The translations under genes and the position numbers were made by a program. DNA of 64,000 nucleotides from a virus. Positions 41,863 to 52,334 of the stretch are shown here, piece after piece. Within the stretch, counting starts at the first letter, position 1. Every line of letters starts with the position of its first letter. Under the pieces are notes generated by a model that was not told where the DNA came from, did not search any database, and saw nothing but the letters and a program-made list of their open reading frames with translations. Location of the stretch: IMG/VR virus record IMGVR_UViG_3300032236_001065, positions 1 to 64,000 of that record. One strand, 5' to 3'.

Positions 41863-42214
41863 AAATTACAGCCCTTCGGTTCCAAGCGGTCTAATTGCCC
41901 AAACTGAAAAAGGTTATTTTTATATAAAAGGGTCAAAGAAATTTAAATTTGTATCTGATAGAGCTATGTTGTCATGGACATTGCCAGTTATAAAAACAAC
42001 AGATGACAAGATTTCAGGTATCCCTACAAGCGGCTTGCTGGGCTTTAGAGACGGTACTTTGGTCAAGAACATAGCAGATGGTAAAATATATCTTATAAGC
42101 GATTCAAAACGCCGTCACATAACTGATCCAGATGTGCTAGAATGGCTTGATACAGAGATTGTACGGGCGGGAGAGAAAGAAATTTCTATCCATCCAGAAG
42201 GAGATAAACTATGA
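41825..42214 (+). CDS. Hypothetical protein with two internal repeats (start set to ATG 41825)
   Basis: GYFYIKGSKKFKF / GKIYLISDSKRRHI repeats. Confidence 0.55.
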   Translation: MNILKVFQKSPSKNYSPSVPSGLIAQTEKGYFYIKGSKKFKFVSDRAMLSWTLPVIKTTDDKISGIPTSGLLGFRDGTLVKNIADGKIYLISDSKRRHITDPDVLEWLDTEIVRAGEKEISIHPEGDKL

Positions 42215-42627
42215 CAAGCTTAGTATTACCTACAGATAATGCGGTTATTGACTATAGCCTTATTTCTCAAATGATGACTGCAATCAATAATCTTCAAACA
42301 CAGGTTAACAAGCTTACGCCTCCACAGACTGTTGATACAAATTCTAAGACCCCTGTCACCCCGAGACTTGCATACAAGGTTATTACAATTGGAGATGCAG
42401 GTTTTCCTGCAGGATCTAATATCACTGTTAATGCAACTGACCTAGGCCTTACAACAATTCTTTCAATCACTGGAACTCCATATACAGCGGGCGGTACACA
42501 GAGATACTGTTGGCTATCATCATTTAATGGATCAAAAGCAGTATTTACTTTGAATGCAGCAACAACTGCAGCAAGTGGTAGCAATTCAATTAAATTTCAA
42601 CTATATGTAATAGCAGTAGGGTATTAA
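42211..42627 (+). CDS. Putative virion protein
   Basis: Short coil + beta domain ending IAVG; GGAG SD. Confidence 0.5.
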   Translation: MTSLVLPTDNAVIDYSLISQMMTAINNLQTQVNKLTPPQTVDTNSKTPVTPRLAYKVITIGDAGFPAGSNITVNATDLGLTTILSITGTPYTAGGTQRYCWLSSFNGSKAVFTLNAATTAASGSNSIKFQLYVIAVGY

Positions 42628-42887
42628 TGTACAACCCTATCCAAGCTTGGCATAGGAGAGAAAAAAAGATTAGTAAAGAAGGGTATGTTTTGGTAAAAGT
42701 GCCAGAGCATCCAAAAAACTTCAAAGGCTGGTATTATGAGCATAGACTCATAATAGAAAAACAATTAAATAGACTTATTAATGATTGGGAAACCATTCAT
42801 CATATAAATGAAGATAAAACTGATAATAGATTAGTTAATCTTTTTTTATGTTCAAGATTAGAGCATAATAAAGCTCATGTAGCTTGA
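42627..42887 (+). CDS. HNH endonuclease (short)
   Basis: GY, EHR, HHINE.K.DNR..NL, H motifs. Confidence 0.85.
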   Translation: MYNPIQAWHRREKKISKEGYVLVKVPEHPKNFKGWYYEHRLIIEKQLNRLINDWETIHHINEDKTDNRLVNLFLCSRLEHNKAHVA

Positions 42888-42913
42888 CAAAAAACAATAT
42901 CTAACGGTACAAT
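42884..42913 (+). promoter_or_regulatory. Sigma70/SigA-type promoter opening the non-structural module
   Basis: TTGACA-N18-TACAAT. Confidence 0.75.
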
Positions 42914-42938
42914 TAACTAAACCTAGACAAAGGATTAT

Positions 42939-43694
42939 ATGGCTAACGACTTAAAATGGATGATGGTGTCAGATGTACACTTTCCCCGCCACGATGAACG
43001 CAAGGTAGAATTATTTTTAAAAGTTATGAAATGGTGGAAGCCAGATGCAGTTGATCTGCTTGGTGACATTGATGATGCTGATTCAACAAGCCGCTGGGCT
43101 GATGGATTACCCGATGAGGGCGTTTCAATTATGGACGGCGGAGTTACAGGAACCCGTCAGTTCCTAGCAGACATTAGAGCAATTGTTCCAGATGCAGAAT
43201 GTCATTTCCATGATGGTAATCATGGCTGGACAAGACATGGAGACTATATTGCAAAGAAAGCTCCAACACTACTAGATTTCGTTACACCAGATTCACTCTA
43301 TGAATATAATAAGCATGGCTTTAACTGGCATCATTATAATGAACCGCCAGTCAAGCGTTTTGGTGATATGTATGGTCATCATGGCGAGTCCATTTCCAAG
43401 CACTCTGGAGAATCTGTTCGTAACGATGTCAACAACTGGGGTATCTCTCTAGTTCGTGGACATTCTCACCGCATGGGTGCTTATTATCAGACATACAATC
43501 TAAGTGGTCAAGAACTACGAGGATATGAAATCGGACACCTATGTGATGAAGAAAAAATGGATTATTCAATCCAAAAGAATTGGCAGGCAGGATTTGCAGT
43601 GGCACATGTTGTCAATGATTATCCACATATGCAGCTAATACAAATTACACGAGATTATACTTGTGTAGTAGACGGTAAAATTTTTACCGCTTAA
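42939..43694 (+). CDS. Calcineurin-like metallophosphoesterase
   Basis: DVH, GD..D, GNH, HG, GHSH motifs. Confidence 0.9.
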   Translation: MANDLKWMMVSDVHFPRHDERKVELFLKVMKWWKPDAVDLLGDIDDADSTSRWADGLPDEGVSIMDGGVTGTRQFLADIRAIVPDAECHFHDGNHGWTRHGDYIAKKAPTLLDFVTPDSLYEYNKHGFNWHHYNEPPVKRFGDMYGHHGESISKHSGESVRNDVNNWGISLVRGHSHRMGAYYQTYNLSGQELRGYEIGHLCDEEKMDYSIQKNWQAGFAVAHVVNDYPHMQLIQITRDYTCVVDGKIFTA

Positions 43695-43710
43695 CCTATA
43701 AGGAGAAATA

Positions 43711-43890
43711 ATGAACGCAAAGCGTAAGGCTCTTGTTGAGCACTATGTATATGCAACTGCTGCAGCAGCAGTGGCAATTTGGCAGGGTGGAAACCACGAT
43801 GTCAAGAAGGTAGCATGGGCAGCACTTGTTGGTGTACTTGGTCCAGTTCTAAAGGCTACTATTGATCACTTCAACGCACCAGCAAAGTAA
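43711..43890 (+). CDS. 59-aa two-TM holin-like protein; not in ORF track
   Basis: AAGGAG SD; MNAKRKALVEHYVYATAAAAVAIWQGGNHDVKKVAWAALVGVLGPVLKATIDHFNAPAK. Confidence 0.7.
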   Translation: MNAKRKALVEHYVYATAAAAVAIWQGGNHDVKKVAWAALVGVLGPVLKATIDHFNAPAK

Positions 43891-43912
43891 GTTAGTATAA
43901 GAAAACTTAATA

Positions 43913-44098
43913 ATGTTGAATTGTAAAAAGTGTGCAGGACGAGTATTCGTTGATAGGGTTTATTCCCAGAACCTAAGAGTTGAATTGTTCTGCATACTCT
44001 GTGGGAAAAGATGGATGGTCAAAAGGGAAAATAGGTTCGCTTCATGGGTAGCAAAAAAAGAGGAAGCTCTGCAGCACGGTTACGGTATTTCTATCTAA
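43913..44098 (+). CDS. Zn-ribbon protein
   Basis: CKKC...CILCG. Confidence 0.7.
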   Translation: MLNCKKCAGRVFVDRVYSQNLRVELFCILCGKRWMVKRENRFASWVAKKEEALQHGYGISI

Positions 44099-44559
44099 AC
44101 GGTAAGTTGCATAAAGTTCTTCGTCGTTCACGAGGTGAAGACCTATTGGTTGCTTGGGACTACCAGTTGGGTAAGCGTGTTGCTTACAGCTTGACGGATG
44201 TCAATAAAAATAAGCAACATGCCTATCCTATATCTGAAGTGGTCAAAATTATAGGCAAGCATGAAGACACAATAAAACTACATATTTATAGGGGAAGCCT
44301 TAAAGCCCCACAACAAGCTTACTCTCTTAATGGAAATAAAACTCCAGGCAAGTATTATTGGAGTGAAGATGATATTAGAGAGATGCATGATTTCTTTAAG
44401 ACAGTTCACAGGGGCAGGCCAAGAGGCGATGGTAAGATCACTATTGGAGATATGCCAAGTAGAGCAGAGATAGAAGCTATGATGAAACAAGAAAACATTT
44501 TATATGTCAAGAATAACGATGGGGAGTTTGTCCCAGTTTGGAAAGCACCAGAATGGTAA
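44044..44559 (+). CDS. Putative HTH DNA-binding protein
   Basis: Y.ISEV..IIG.H..TI..., W...DI, GRPR; MerR/excisionase-like pattern. Confidence 0.55.
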   Translation: MGSKKRGSSAARLRYFYLNGKLHKVLRRSRGEDLLVAWDYQLGKRVAYSLTDVNKNKQHAYPISEVVKIIGKHEDTIKLHIYRGSLKAPQQAYSLNGNKTPGKYYWSEDDIREMHDFFKTVHRGRPRGDGKITIGDMPSRAEIEAMMKQENILYVKNNDGEFVPVWKAPEW

Positions 44560-44786
44560 ATAAGTCTGACAAAGATGCCAAGCATGTCTTGCATCAAGCA
44601 CTTCGTGTGTTAGAATTCACAATGGAATTAGCACAAGAGAAGGGCGATATTGATGCTATGATAGGTATCTCAGATCGCTTGATGATGTTATATCAACATT
44701 TATCAGAAGGTAGTGTTAAAAAGTTTAAGCCAGGATTTGCATTTGCAGCAGATAAGGAAGAAAAGGTAGAACATGAATCAGACTAA
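44538..44786 (+). CDS. Hypothetical protein
   Basis: ORF in operon. Confidence 0.55.
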   Translation: MESTRMVNKSDKDAKHVLHQALRVLEFTMELAQEKGDIDAMIGISDRLMMLYQHLSEGSVKKFKPGFAFAADKEEKVEHESD

Positions 44787-44988
44787 CGTTAAGGTTGAAC
44801 TTCAGTTTACCCGTAACTTGGGTAATTATGAAAGCCTAAAGATCGGTATTGGTATTGAAGATTTTCAGAGAGATGGCGAGAATATTGACGAAGCCACCAA
44901 TAGGGTGTATACTTTCGTTGAGAAGAAGTTGATGGAGAAAGTCAACGAAGTTGAACAAGAGCTGAATTCTAACAAAGGTAAAAAATGA
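44773..44988 (+). CDS. Hypothetical protein
   Basis: T.NLGNYES motif seen in phage replication modules. Confidence 0.6.
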   Translation: MNQTNVKVELQFTRNLGNYESLKIGIGIEDFQRDGENIDEATNRVYTFVEKKLMEKVNEVEQELNSNKGKK

Positions 44989-45317
44989 CAAAAGATGAAG
45001 CAAAGCTGGCATACGGCTTAGTTTCACTTTACTGTGCTTTATACAAAGAGCATTACAAGAAGCCCGCCGTTGTAAACAAGTACAGAGAAAAGTGGGCTAT
45101 GCAAGATGTTATTGATAGCGTTGGATACGAGAGAGCCAGAATACTCCTAGAGTATTATTTTAAGATTACAAAGAGTGGACACCCGCTTACTTGGTTCTTT
45201 TATAACTTTGAAAAGCTTGACCTTACATTACAACAAATTGAAGAAGATAAAACTCGTCGTGAGCTAATAAGAGCTAAGACAAAATATATGGTTGAAGAAA
45301 GAGATAATGAACACTGA
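44985..45317 (+). CDS. Hypothetical protein upstream of helicase (possible loader)
   Basis: Coupled to helicase; role inferred from position only. Confidence 0.55.
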   Translation: MTKDEAKLAYGLVSLYCALYKEHYKKPAVVNKYREKWAMQDVIDSVGYERARILLEYYFKITKSGHPLTWFFYNFEKLDLTLQQIEEDKTRRELIRAKTKYMVEERDNEH

Positions 45318-46533
45318 ATCAGCAGTTATAACAGCGGTTTGTCACAATAAAGATATTGCTACAGTCCTTGCTGAGAACATTGATGAAGTATTTACTTCGC
45401 ACAGAGATGTATGGGAAGGTCTTAAGTCTTACTATTTAAAGTTTAAAGCAGTACCAGATGTATCAGTGCTTACAGATAAGTTTAAAGATTTTGAGCCAGT
45501 AAAGGTCAAGGGCGAGACAGCCTACTATCTTGACCAATTGAAGAATGAATACTTGGCGGGAAGAGTAAGAAATCTTCTGCTATCTTCTGGGGCAAGTTTA
45601 AAGACAGAGGCATCATCAAGAGTTATCTTAGAGATGCAAAAAGAATTAAATACACTTGGAAAGCTTACTGCAAATGTCCGAGATGTTGACCTTACAGATT
45701 TTAAATTGGCAGAGCAGCACTTTGAGTCTGTGAAAAACCGTTCTGATGCAATGGGCGGTAGTCCAGGAATCATGACTGGCTTTAAGGCTATTGACTATGC
45801 ATATCCCACAGGAATGGCTCCAGGACACCTTATCGTCATGATTGGTTGGCCAGGTAGGGGTAAGACTTGGTTCTCCTCTTATTTGGCTTGTAAGGCTTGG
45901 GAACAGGGCTTTAAGCCCATGATTATATCCCTTGAGATGACACCAGAGAATATGCGTGACCGTATCTATACTATGATGGGGTCGGGACTGTTCAAGGCTT
46001 CAGACTTCTCTAGAGGTAATATTGATATAGATCAATTTGATGAATGGGGTACAAAGAAATTTGCCAATAAGAACCAATTCATTCTTGTATCAAATGAAGG
46101 TACAGGTCAAGTTACACCGAATACGGTGCAAGCTAAAATTGACCAGCATAAGCCCGATATTGTAATTCTTGATTATCACCAATTGTTTAATGATTCATCT
46201 GGAGCAAAGTCAGAAGTTGAAAGAAATAGAAATATTTCTCGTGACTTTAAATTGTTGGCAGTTCGCAATAATATTCCTATCATTGATATTACTGCTGCAA
46301 CTATGGATGATGTTTCAGACCAAGATGCCCCGCCACTACTTTCACAAGTAGCTTGGTCAAAGGCTATTGAATATGATGCTGATATGGCTATCGCCGTACA
46401 CAAGCAACCTGATTCAAATGTTATGGAAATTGTAAGCCGTAAGAATCGCCACGGTACTGAGTTCGGATTCTATTTGGACTGGGACTTGAACCGAGGAATC
46501 ATTACGGAGTTGTACGATAAGGGTATAGCATAA
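45307..46533 (+). CDS. dnaB: DnaB-like replicative helicase
   Basis: Walker A GWPGRGKT, SLEM, ILDY, IEYDAD, KNRHG. Confidence 0.92.
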   Translation: MNTESAVITAVCHNKDIATVLAENIDEVFTSHRDVWEGLKSYYLKFKAVPDVSVLTDKFKDFEPVKVKGETAYYLDQLKNEYLAGRVRNLLLSSGASLKTEASSRVILEMQKELNTLGKLTANVRDVDLTDFKLAEQHFESVKNRSDAMGGSPGIMTGFKAIDYAYPTGMAPGHLIVMIGWPGRGKTWFSSYLACKAWEQGFKPMIISLEMTPENMRDRIYTMMGSGLFKASDFSRGNIDIDQFDEWGTKKFANKNQFILVSNEGTGQVTPNTVQAKIDQHKPDIVILDYHQLFNDSSGAKSEVERNRNISRDFKLLAVRNNIPIIDITAATMDDVSDQDAPPLLSQVAWSKAIEYDADMAIAVHKQPDSNVMEIVSRKNRHGTEFGFYLDWDLNRGIITELYDKGIA

Positions 46534-46576
46534 TTTATGTAATCAAAGTCTAACTTGATATAATTATCAAGAAAGA

Positions 46577-46870
46577 TTGGTGATCATGTACCCAAGAAAA
46601 ATACATGACTTCTGGATGAATGGAATTATCAAAGATGATTCTATCTTTCAGAGCTCAAGGGAGAACTATGAAAGACTTTTGGTCCAGCAGATGCGAGACA
46701 AAGGTTACGTTCCTGTCCTTGACATGCAACCCCAGTTTAATGTAAAATATAACGAGAGCAAGGATCACTACTCTTTCAATCTTGTAATGTACGGCATTTA
46801 CATTGGTAAAGCTAAGGCATTAAAGTATGAAGGGTTCTCTGGTCAGAGTTTAATACCTAAAGGAAAATAA
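46577..46870 (+). CDS. Hypothetical protein
   Basis: ORF with TGATATAAT at 46556-46564; exact start uncertain. Confidence 0.6.
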   Translation: MVIMYPRKIHDFWMNGIIKDDSIFQSSRENYERLLVQQMRDKGYVPVLDMQPQFNVKYNESKDHYSFNLVMYGIYIGKAKALKYEGFSGQSLIPKGK

Positions 46871-47830
46871 ATGTCAGATGCATATACTAAAGCGGACCTC
46901 CGCTCTATTTTGCAATCTTGTGGCATTGAAATAATTTCAGAGACAGGCACAGACTTTCTGTGCCTTTGTCCATTCCACCACAATACAGATTCTCCAGCGT
47001 TTGCGGTCAGCTACTCTAAAGGTTTGTACATTTGTTACAATCAGAACTGCAACTCGGCGGGAACTGTGCTGGAACTTGTTAAAATATTAACTAACCGCAA
47101 TGACTATGAAGCAATGAGATTCATATCGTCAAACAAACTTTCTGATGCTGAGATATTTGAAGAAAGCCTTAAAGAGGCATTAGATGATAAGCCAGATTTT
47201 GTGGAGTTCCCACAACCTACGCTAGATAAACTTTATGAAGATATTGTAAATACACCAAAGGCAATAGATTATTTTAGAACTCGCAAGATTTTAACAGAAG
47301 CAGTTGATTACTTTAAGCTTGGCTATTCAGAAAAGCAGAGCATGGTTACAGTTCCTTTGCACAGCCCAGAAGGTTTGCCAGTTGGCGTTATTGGAAGATC
47401 AATTGAAGGCAAAGCATTTAAGAACAGTCCAAACCTGCCACGCAATAAAACAATGTTTAACCTGCACAGAGCAAAGCGTGAGGGTGGAACAATTATAGTC
47501 GTAGAGTCTAGCTTTGATGCTATACGCTTATGGCAGGCGGGATATCCAAATGCAGTAGCCACTTTGGGTGGTAGTATTTCAGACACTAATATTCAACACT
47601 TAAATAAGTATGCATCTACAGTTATTATTATGACAGATAATGACAGTGCTGGGCGGGCATTAGGAAATACAATCGCTAATAAACTAAAGAATAAAAATGT
47701 ATTATGGGCTAAATATAACCATGATTGTGTATATCCCCACATGGCAAAAGATGTGGGCGATCTCACAGATGAAGAAATAAAACAGTGTGTAAAGAATGCA
47801 ATTCCGCATTTTGAATACGCTGTAATGTGA
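46871..47830 (+). CDS. dnaG: DNA primase
   Basis: CPFH..C...C Zn finger; TOPRIM VES.FD, DND.AG, KD. Confidence 0.92.
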   Translation: MSDAYTKADLRSILQSCGIEIISETGTDFLCLCPFHHNTDSPAFAVSYSKGLYICYNQNCNSAGTVLELVKILTNRNDYEAMRFISSNKLSDAEIFEESLKEALDDKPDFVEFPQPTLDKLYEDIVNTPKAIDYFRTRKILTEAVDYFKLGYSEKQSMVTVPLHSPEGLPVGVIGRSIEGKAFKNSPNLPRNKTMFNLHRAKREGGTIIVVESSFDAIRLWQAGYPNAVATLGGSISDTNIQHLNKYASTVIIMTDNDSAGRALGNTIANKLKNKNVLWAKYNHDCVYPHMAKDVGDLTDEEIKQCVKNAIPHFEYAVM

Positions 47831-47881
47831 TATACTAGAGGAACAGGGCATTAAACAGCCCTTATACTAAGGAGAAATAAT

Positions 47882-48559
47882 ATGGGTATCGTAACAGGTC
47901 TAAAGGCTATGAATGAACAAATGGAACAAAAGTCTCATTCTGGCGACACACAAAAAGGAAGATGGCTACAACTTAAAGATGGCCAATCACTAAAAATCCG
48001 CTTCATGCAAGAAATTGATCCAGACTCAAAGAATTATATTGAGAAGGCTGGTCTTGCTTTCATTGCAGTAGAGCACACTAACCCAAAGGATTACAAGCGT
48101 AAGGCTCTTTGTACAATTGAAGACCAAGGTCGCTGCTATGGTTGCGAAATGCACCGCCGTGATCCAAAGGCTGGTTGGAAGGGTCGTTCACGTTTCTATG
48201 CAAACGTGCTTGTTGATGATGGTTCAGAAGAGCCATATGTCGCAATCTTTTCACAAGGTGCAGGTCCAAAGTCTGCAACACCTGAAATCATTAACTATGC
48301 AGGAGAGACTGGAAGTATTTCCAATCTTACTTGGAAGCTAAAGCGTACAGGTACTGCTACTGACACAAACTATTCAATCATTCCTTTGCCTACAGCAGAT
48401 GTAGCAGCAATTGATTTTGATAAGTATGAATTGTTTGACCTTCAAAAGACTGCAGTTCGTGATGTTCAGTATGATGAGCAAGAAGCATTCTATCTCGGAA
48501 TTACTTCTGATTCATCAGAGGAATCATTGCAATCAACTTCATCCGCCGTTGAGTGGTAA
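47882..48559 (+). CDS. ssDNA-binding protein (gp32-like)
   Basis: H..C..C..C, KR.G...DT.Y, acidic tail ending W; TGATATACT 47828-47836 and AAGGAG. Confidence 0.7.
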   Translation: MGIVTGLKAMNEQMEQKSHSGDTQKGRWLQLKDGQSLKIRFMQEIDPDSKNYIEKAGLAFIAVEHTNPKDYKRKALCTIEDQGRCYGCEMHRRDPKAGWKGRSRFYANVLVDDGSEEPYVAIFSQGAGPKSATPEIINYAGETGSISNLTWKLKRTGTATDTNYSIIPLPTADVAAIDFDKYELFDLQKTAVRDVQYDEQEAFYLGITSDSSEESLQSTSSAVEW

Positions 48560-48583
48560 TTAATAACTAACAGAAAGCTAAAC

Positions 48584-51500
48584 ATGTCTGACTTTGTTCA
48601 TTTGCATGTCCATTCGCACTATTCGCTTATGGATGGTTTAAACACACCTCATGAATTACTTGAGGCTGCAAAAAATCAAGGTCAGGCATCTTTAGCCATT
48701 ACAGACCACGGCTCTCTCGCATCCCATAGAGATATGCAGATTGCTGCCAAAGAACTAGGCATGAAGCCAATCTTGGGTCTTGAGGCGTACATATCTTCAA
48801 CAGATAGATTTGACAAGAGAGCGGTTGCAAAGCGTGACGACAACACTTCTTTGTACAATCATATTATCCTGTTAGCAAAAGATGATTTAGGTCTAAAGAA
48901 CTTACAAAAGCTTTCACAAATTGCTTGGACTGAAGGATACTATCACAAGCCCCGTATTGATATTGATGCACTTTGGGAATTTGGTGACGGTATAATTGTA
49001 GTGTCTGGTTGTATGAATGGACTTATCTCTAAGGCAATTGAGCGTGGGGATAATGAAAAAGCAAGAGAATATGTCAAGATGTTTAAGAATCGTTTTGGCA
49101 AAGACTTTTATATTGAAGTTCAAGCACATAACCCAGGGAGTTTAAATACAGCTCTGCTTGCGTTAGCAGATGAATTTGGAGTAAAGCCAGTTGCTACGGG
49201 AGATTGTCATTTTGCAAAGAAAGAGGAGAGGGATCTGGAAGAACTCCTCCTTATCCTATCAACTAAGCCCACGCAAAACAAAGAAGCAGACTATGCAAGT
49301 GGTCGCTCTTACACTAATGTTATTGATAGATTTGACCACCTATATCCTGACCGCCCAATTAGTTTCTCTGAGATTAATGTATATATTCAATCCTACAAAG
49401 AAATCAAGGCGGACTTTGAGAAGGCGGGGATTACACGCAAGGATATCTACGAATCATCAGTAGAGATTGCAGACAAGGTTGAAGTCTATGACTTCCATGA
49501 GAATCTTGATTTGCTACCAGTACCAAAAAAGAATGCATTAAAAACAGTAAAAGAGTTGTGCGAAAAGTCTCTAGTAGAAAAGGGTTTAGACAATGAGACA
49601 TACAGAGAAAGACTCCAAGAAGAACTTCAAGTCATTGCTGACAAAAACTTTGCTAGTTACTTCCTTGTTGTTGGCGATATGGTGGGTTGGGCGAAAGAAA
49701 ACCAAATCATGGTTGGCCCAGGTAGAGGATCCGCTGCAGGAAGTTTAGTATGTTACTTAATGGGTATTACAGAAGTAGACCCAATTAAGTTTGACCTATT
49801 GTTCTTCCGATTTATTAATCCAGAGCGTAATGACTTCCCCGATATTGATACGGACTTTATGGACCGCCGTCGTGGTGAAGTAAAAGAGTATCTACGTAAA
49901 AAGTTTAAGCATGTAGCTTCTATTTCTACATACCAATACTTCAAGGATAAGGGTGTTGTGCGGGATGTGGCGAGAGCTTTCCTAGTACCACTTGGAGAAG
50001 TTAATAAAGCACTAAAGGGTGTTGAGACATTTGAAGAGTATGAATCAAGCCAAAGCACAGAAGAATTCAGAAAGAAATATCCAGAGGTAACTAAGTATGC
50101 CTCTATGTTGCGTGGCAAGATTCGTGGTAATGGAATGCATGCCGCTGGTGTAGTTGTAGCAAGAGATGATATTAGTAAGTATGTTCCAATTGAAACTCGC
50201 AAAGACCCAAATGATTCAGTATCTGGTCGTATTCCTGTAGTTGCATATGATATGGATCAAACTGCAGACCTAGGTCTTATTAAGCTTGATGTATTGGGAC
50301 TTAAAACATTATCTGTTATTGATGATACTTTGCGTACCATTGAACATATTAAGAAGAAGAAGATTGATCTTAAATCAATTAAGCTTAATGACCCCAAAGT
50401 ATTTGAAATGCTTTCAGGCGGTTTTACAAAGGGCGTATTCCAAGCTGAAGCAACACCTTATACAAACTTGTTGATGAAAATGGGTGTAAGCACATTTGAA
50501 GATCTTGCAGCATCAAACGCATTGGTACGTCCAGGTGCTATGAATACTGTGGGTGGCTCGTATATTCGCCGTAAAAAAGGTGAAGAGATGGTTACTTATG
50601 CTCATCCAATTATGCATGAGTTTACCGAAAGAACATATGGTGTTATTATATATCAAGAGCAGGTAATGCAAGCCTGCGTTTATCTTGGCGGTATGTCTTG
50701 GGCGGATGCTGATAAGGTCCGTAAGATTATCGGTAAGAAAAAGGATGCGAGTGAATTTGATGCTTACAAAGACCAGTTTGTTCAAGGTGCGAGTAAGCAT
50801 ATTACAAGCGAGGATGCAATCAAACTATGGCATGACTTTGAAGCTCATGCGGGCTATTCCTTTAACCGTTCTCACGCTATTGCTTACTCTATGCTGTCTT
50901 ATTACACTGCTTGGCTTAAATATTATTACCCTCTTGAGTTTATGTTTGCCGTTCTCAAAAATGAAAAAGACAAGGATGCCAGGACGGATTATCTACTTGA
51001 GGCTAAGCGGTTGGGCATTAAAGTACTACTCCCGCATATTAACGAATCTGAACTAGATTTCAGTATTCAAGGTAACTCAATTCGCTTTGGATTATCTAAT
51101 ATCAAGTATATTTCAGATAACATTGGTAGCAAGATTACTCAGCTTCGCCCATTTAAATCCTACAAGGACTTTACAGAGAAGGCGGGAGTTAAGGGTAGTG
51201 GTATCAACTCCAGAGCTATAGAATCCCTTAATATGATTGGTGCAGCAGCATTTGATGATAATAAGCGTAAGGGTACAGAGAATGAAAATCTATATGAATA
51301 CCTTGGAATTCCAAAGTTTGATACTGGCAAGTTAAGTCCTGCTATTAAAGCACAGGTTAATCCACTTGAAGAGTTTCTTGAAGAAGGTTGCTTTGTCCTA
51401 CTAGCAATGGTCAAGTCCATTAAGAAAGGTCTTACATGGGCTCGTGTGGAGCTTGTAGACGATACAGGTTCAGTGGGTATCTTCCATGAAGTAAATACAA

Positions 51501-51859
51501 AGATTGAGCCAGGCATGATGTACTTCTTCTTGGTAGGAGATAACCGCATTCACAAGTATGTGACAATTGATGATGTAGTCAATAAGGTTGATGACCCATT
51601 CGTACATTGGCTATACAAGGATAAGTTAAAGATTGATAATGGAAAGATGCTTGTTTTAGATTTTACACATTATAAGACTAAAGCAAACAAGATGATGGCA
51701 CATATTATTTTGTCTGATGCAGATAAAAAGCTTGAGAGAGTAATTGCTTTCCCGAAGCTTTATGCAAAGGCACTTGGAAAGATGCAGGCGGGAATGATTT
51801 GTGACCCCGCAATTGCACAGATGGATGATGGAACTTTGTTTGTTAAGGAGGTGAACTAA
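48584..51859 (+). CDS. dnaE: DNA polymerase III alpha subunit (family C)
   Basis: PHP HLHVHSHYS..DG, TDHG, GRGSAAGS, PDIDTD, HAAG, K.D.LGL, YQEQ, FNRSH. Confidence 0.97.
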   Translation: MSDFVHLHVHSHYSLMDGLNTPHELLEAAKNQGQASLAITDHGSLASHRDMQIAAKELGMKPILGLEAYISSTDRFDKRAVAKRDDNTSLYNHIILLAKDDLGLKNLQKLSQIAWTEGYYHKPRIDIDALWEFGDGIIVVSGCMNGLISKAIERGDNEKAREYVKMFKNRFGKDFYIEVQAHNPGSLNTALLALADEFGVKPVATGDCHFAKKEERDLEELLLILSTKPTQNKEADYASGRSYTNVIDRFDHLYPDRPISFSEINVYIQSYKEIKADFEKAGITRKDIYESSVEIADKVEVYDFHENLDLLPVPKKNALKTVKELCEKSLVEKGLDNETYRERLQEELQVIADKNFASYFLVVGDMVGWAKENQIMVGPGRGSAAGSLVCYLMGITEVDPIKFDLLFFRFINPERNDFPDIDTDFMDRRRGEVKEYLRKKFKHVASISTYQYFKDKGVVRDVARAFLVPLGEVNKALKGVETFEEYESSQSTEEFRKKYPEVTKYASMLRGKIRGNGMHAAGVVVARDDISKYVPIETRKDPNDSVSGRIPVVAYDMDQTADLGLIKLDVLGLKTLSVIDDTLRTIEHIKKKKIDLKSIKLNDPKVFEMLSGGFTKGVFQAEATPYTNLLMKMGVSTFEDLAASNALVRPGAMNTVGGSYIRRKKGEEMVTYAHPIMHEFTERTYGVIIYQEQVMQACVYLGGMSWADADKVRKIIGKKKDASEFDAYKDQFVQGASKHITSEDAIKLWHDFEAHAGYSFNRSHAIAYSMLSYYTAWLKYYYPLEFMFAVLKNEKDKDARTDYLLEAKRLGIKVLLPHINESELDFSIQGNSIRFGLSNIKYISDNIGSKITQLRPFKSYKDFTEKAGVKGSGINSRAIESLNMIGAAAFDDNKRKGTENENLYEYLGIPKFDTGKLSPAIKAQVNPLEEFLEEGCFVLLAMVKSIKKGLTWARVELVDDTGSVGIFHEVNTKIEPGMMYFFLVGDNRIHKYVTIDDVVNKVDDPFVHWLYKDKLKIDNGKMLVLDFTHYKTKANKMMAHIILSDADKKLERVIAFPKLYAKALGKMQAGMICDPAIAQMDDGTLFVKEVN

Positions 51860-52059
51860 TGGAAAATCAAGATGTAGCTAACGCTAATATATCCCTAGAA
51901 CAAATTTTGGCAGCAATCATTAATAAGTTTGGTTCAATTGATATTGATATCAAGGACTTGCTAACAAATTATTCAGCTAAAAGTATTTCAGTAACTCAAG
52001 ATCCAGATAACAAAGTTGTTACTTTTGAGCTTGTTGAGAGTCCAACAGAAACCGAATAA
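51859..52059 (+). CDS. Hypothetical protein
   Basis: AAGGAGG SD, TAATG coupling. Confidence 0.65.
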   Translation: MENQDVANANISLEQILAAIINKFGSIDIDIKDLLTNYSAKSISVTQDPDNKVVTFELVESPTETE

Positions 52060-52079
52060 ATAGTGTATAATATAAGTAT

Positions 52080-52334
52080 ATGGCTCAGTCCTACATACTT
52101 AAAGGTACGGAGAACGAGTTCTTGCTAGTAATTAGAGCAGAGGACGAAAAAGCAATCTATAACATTATAGATTTTTTAGCGACTAGTCGTAATGAACAGA
52201 TTAAAGAGTTAGCAATAGAATTAGAAAAGAGTTTACATGATAACGGAAGAGATTCTAGCAAAACTAGATCCAAAAACAAGGTCAAGGCTTCAACTAGCAA
52301 CAACAGTAAGCGTAGAAAAACAAAAGACACCTAG
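52080..52334 (+). CDS. Hypothetical protein overlapping recA 5' end
   Basis: TATAAT 52066-52071, 8 nt before ATG. Confidence 0.55.
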   Translation: MAQSYILKGTENEFLLVIRAEDEKAIYNIIDFLATSRNEQIKELAIELEKSLHDNGRDSSKTRSKNKVKASTSNNSKRRKTKDT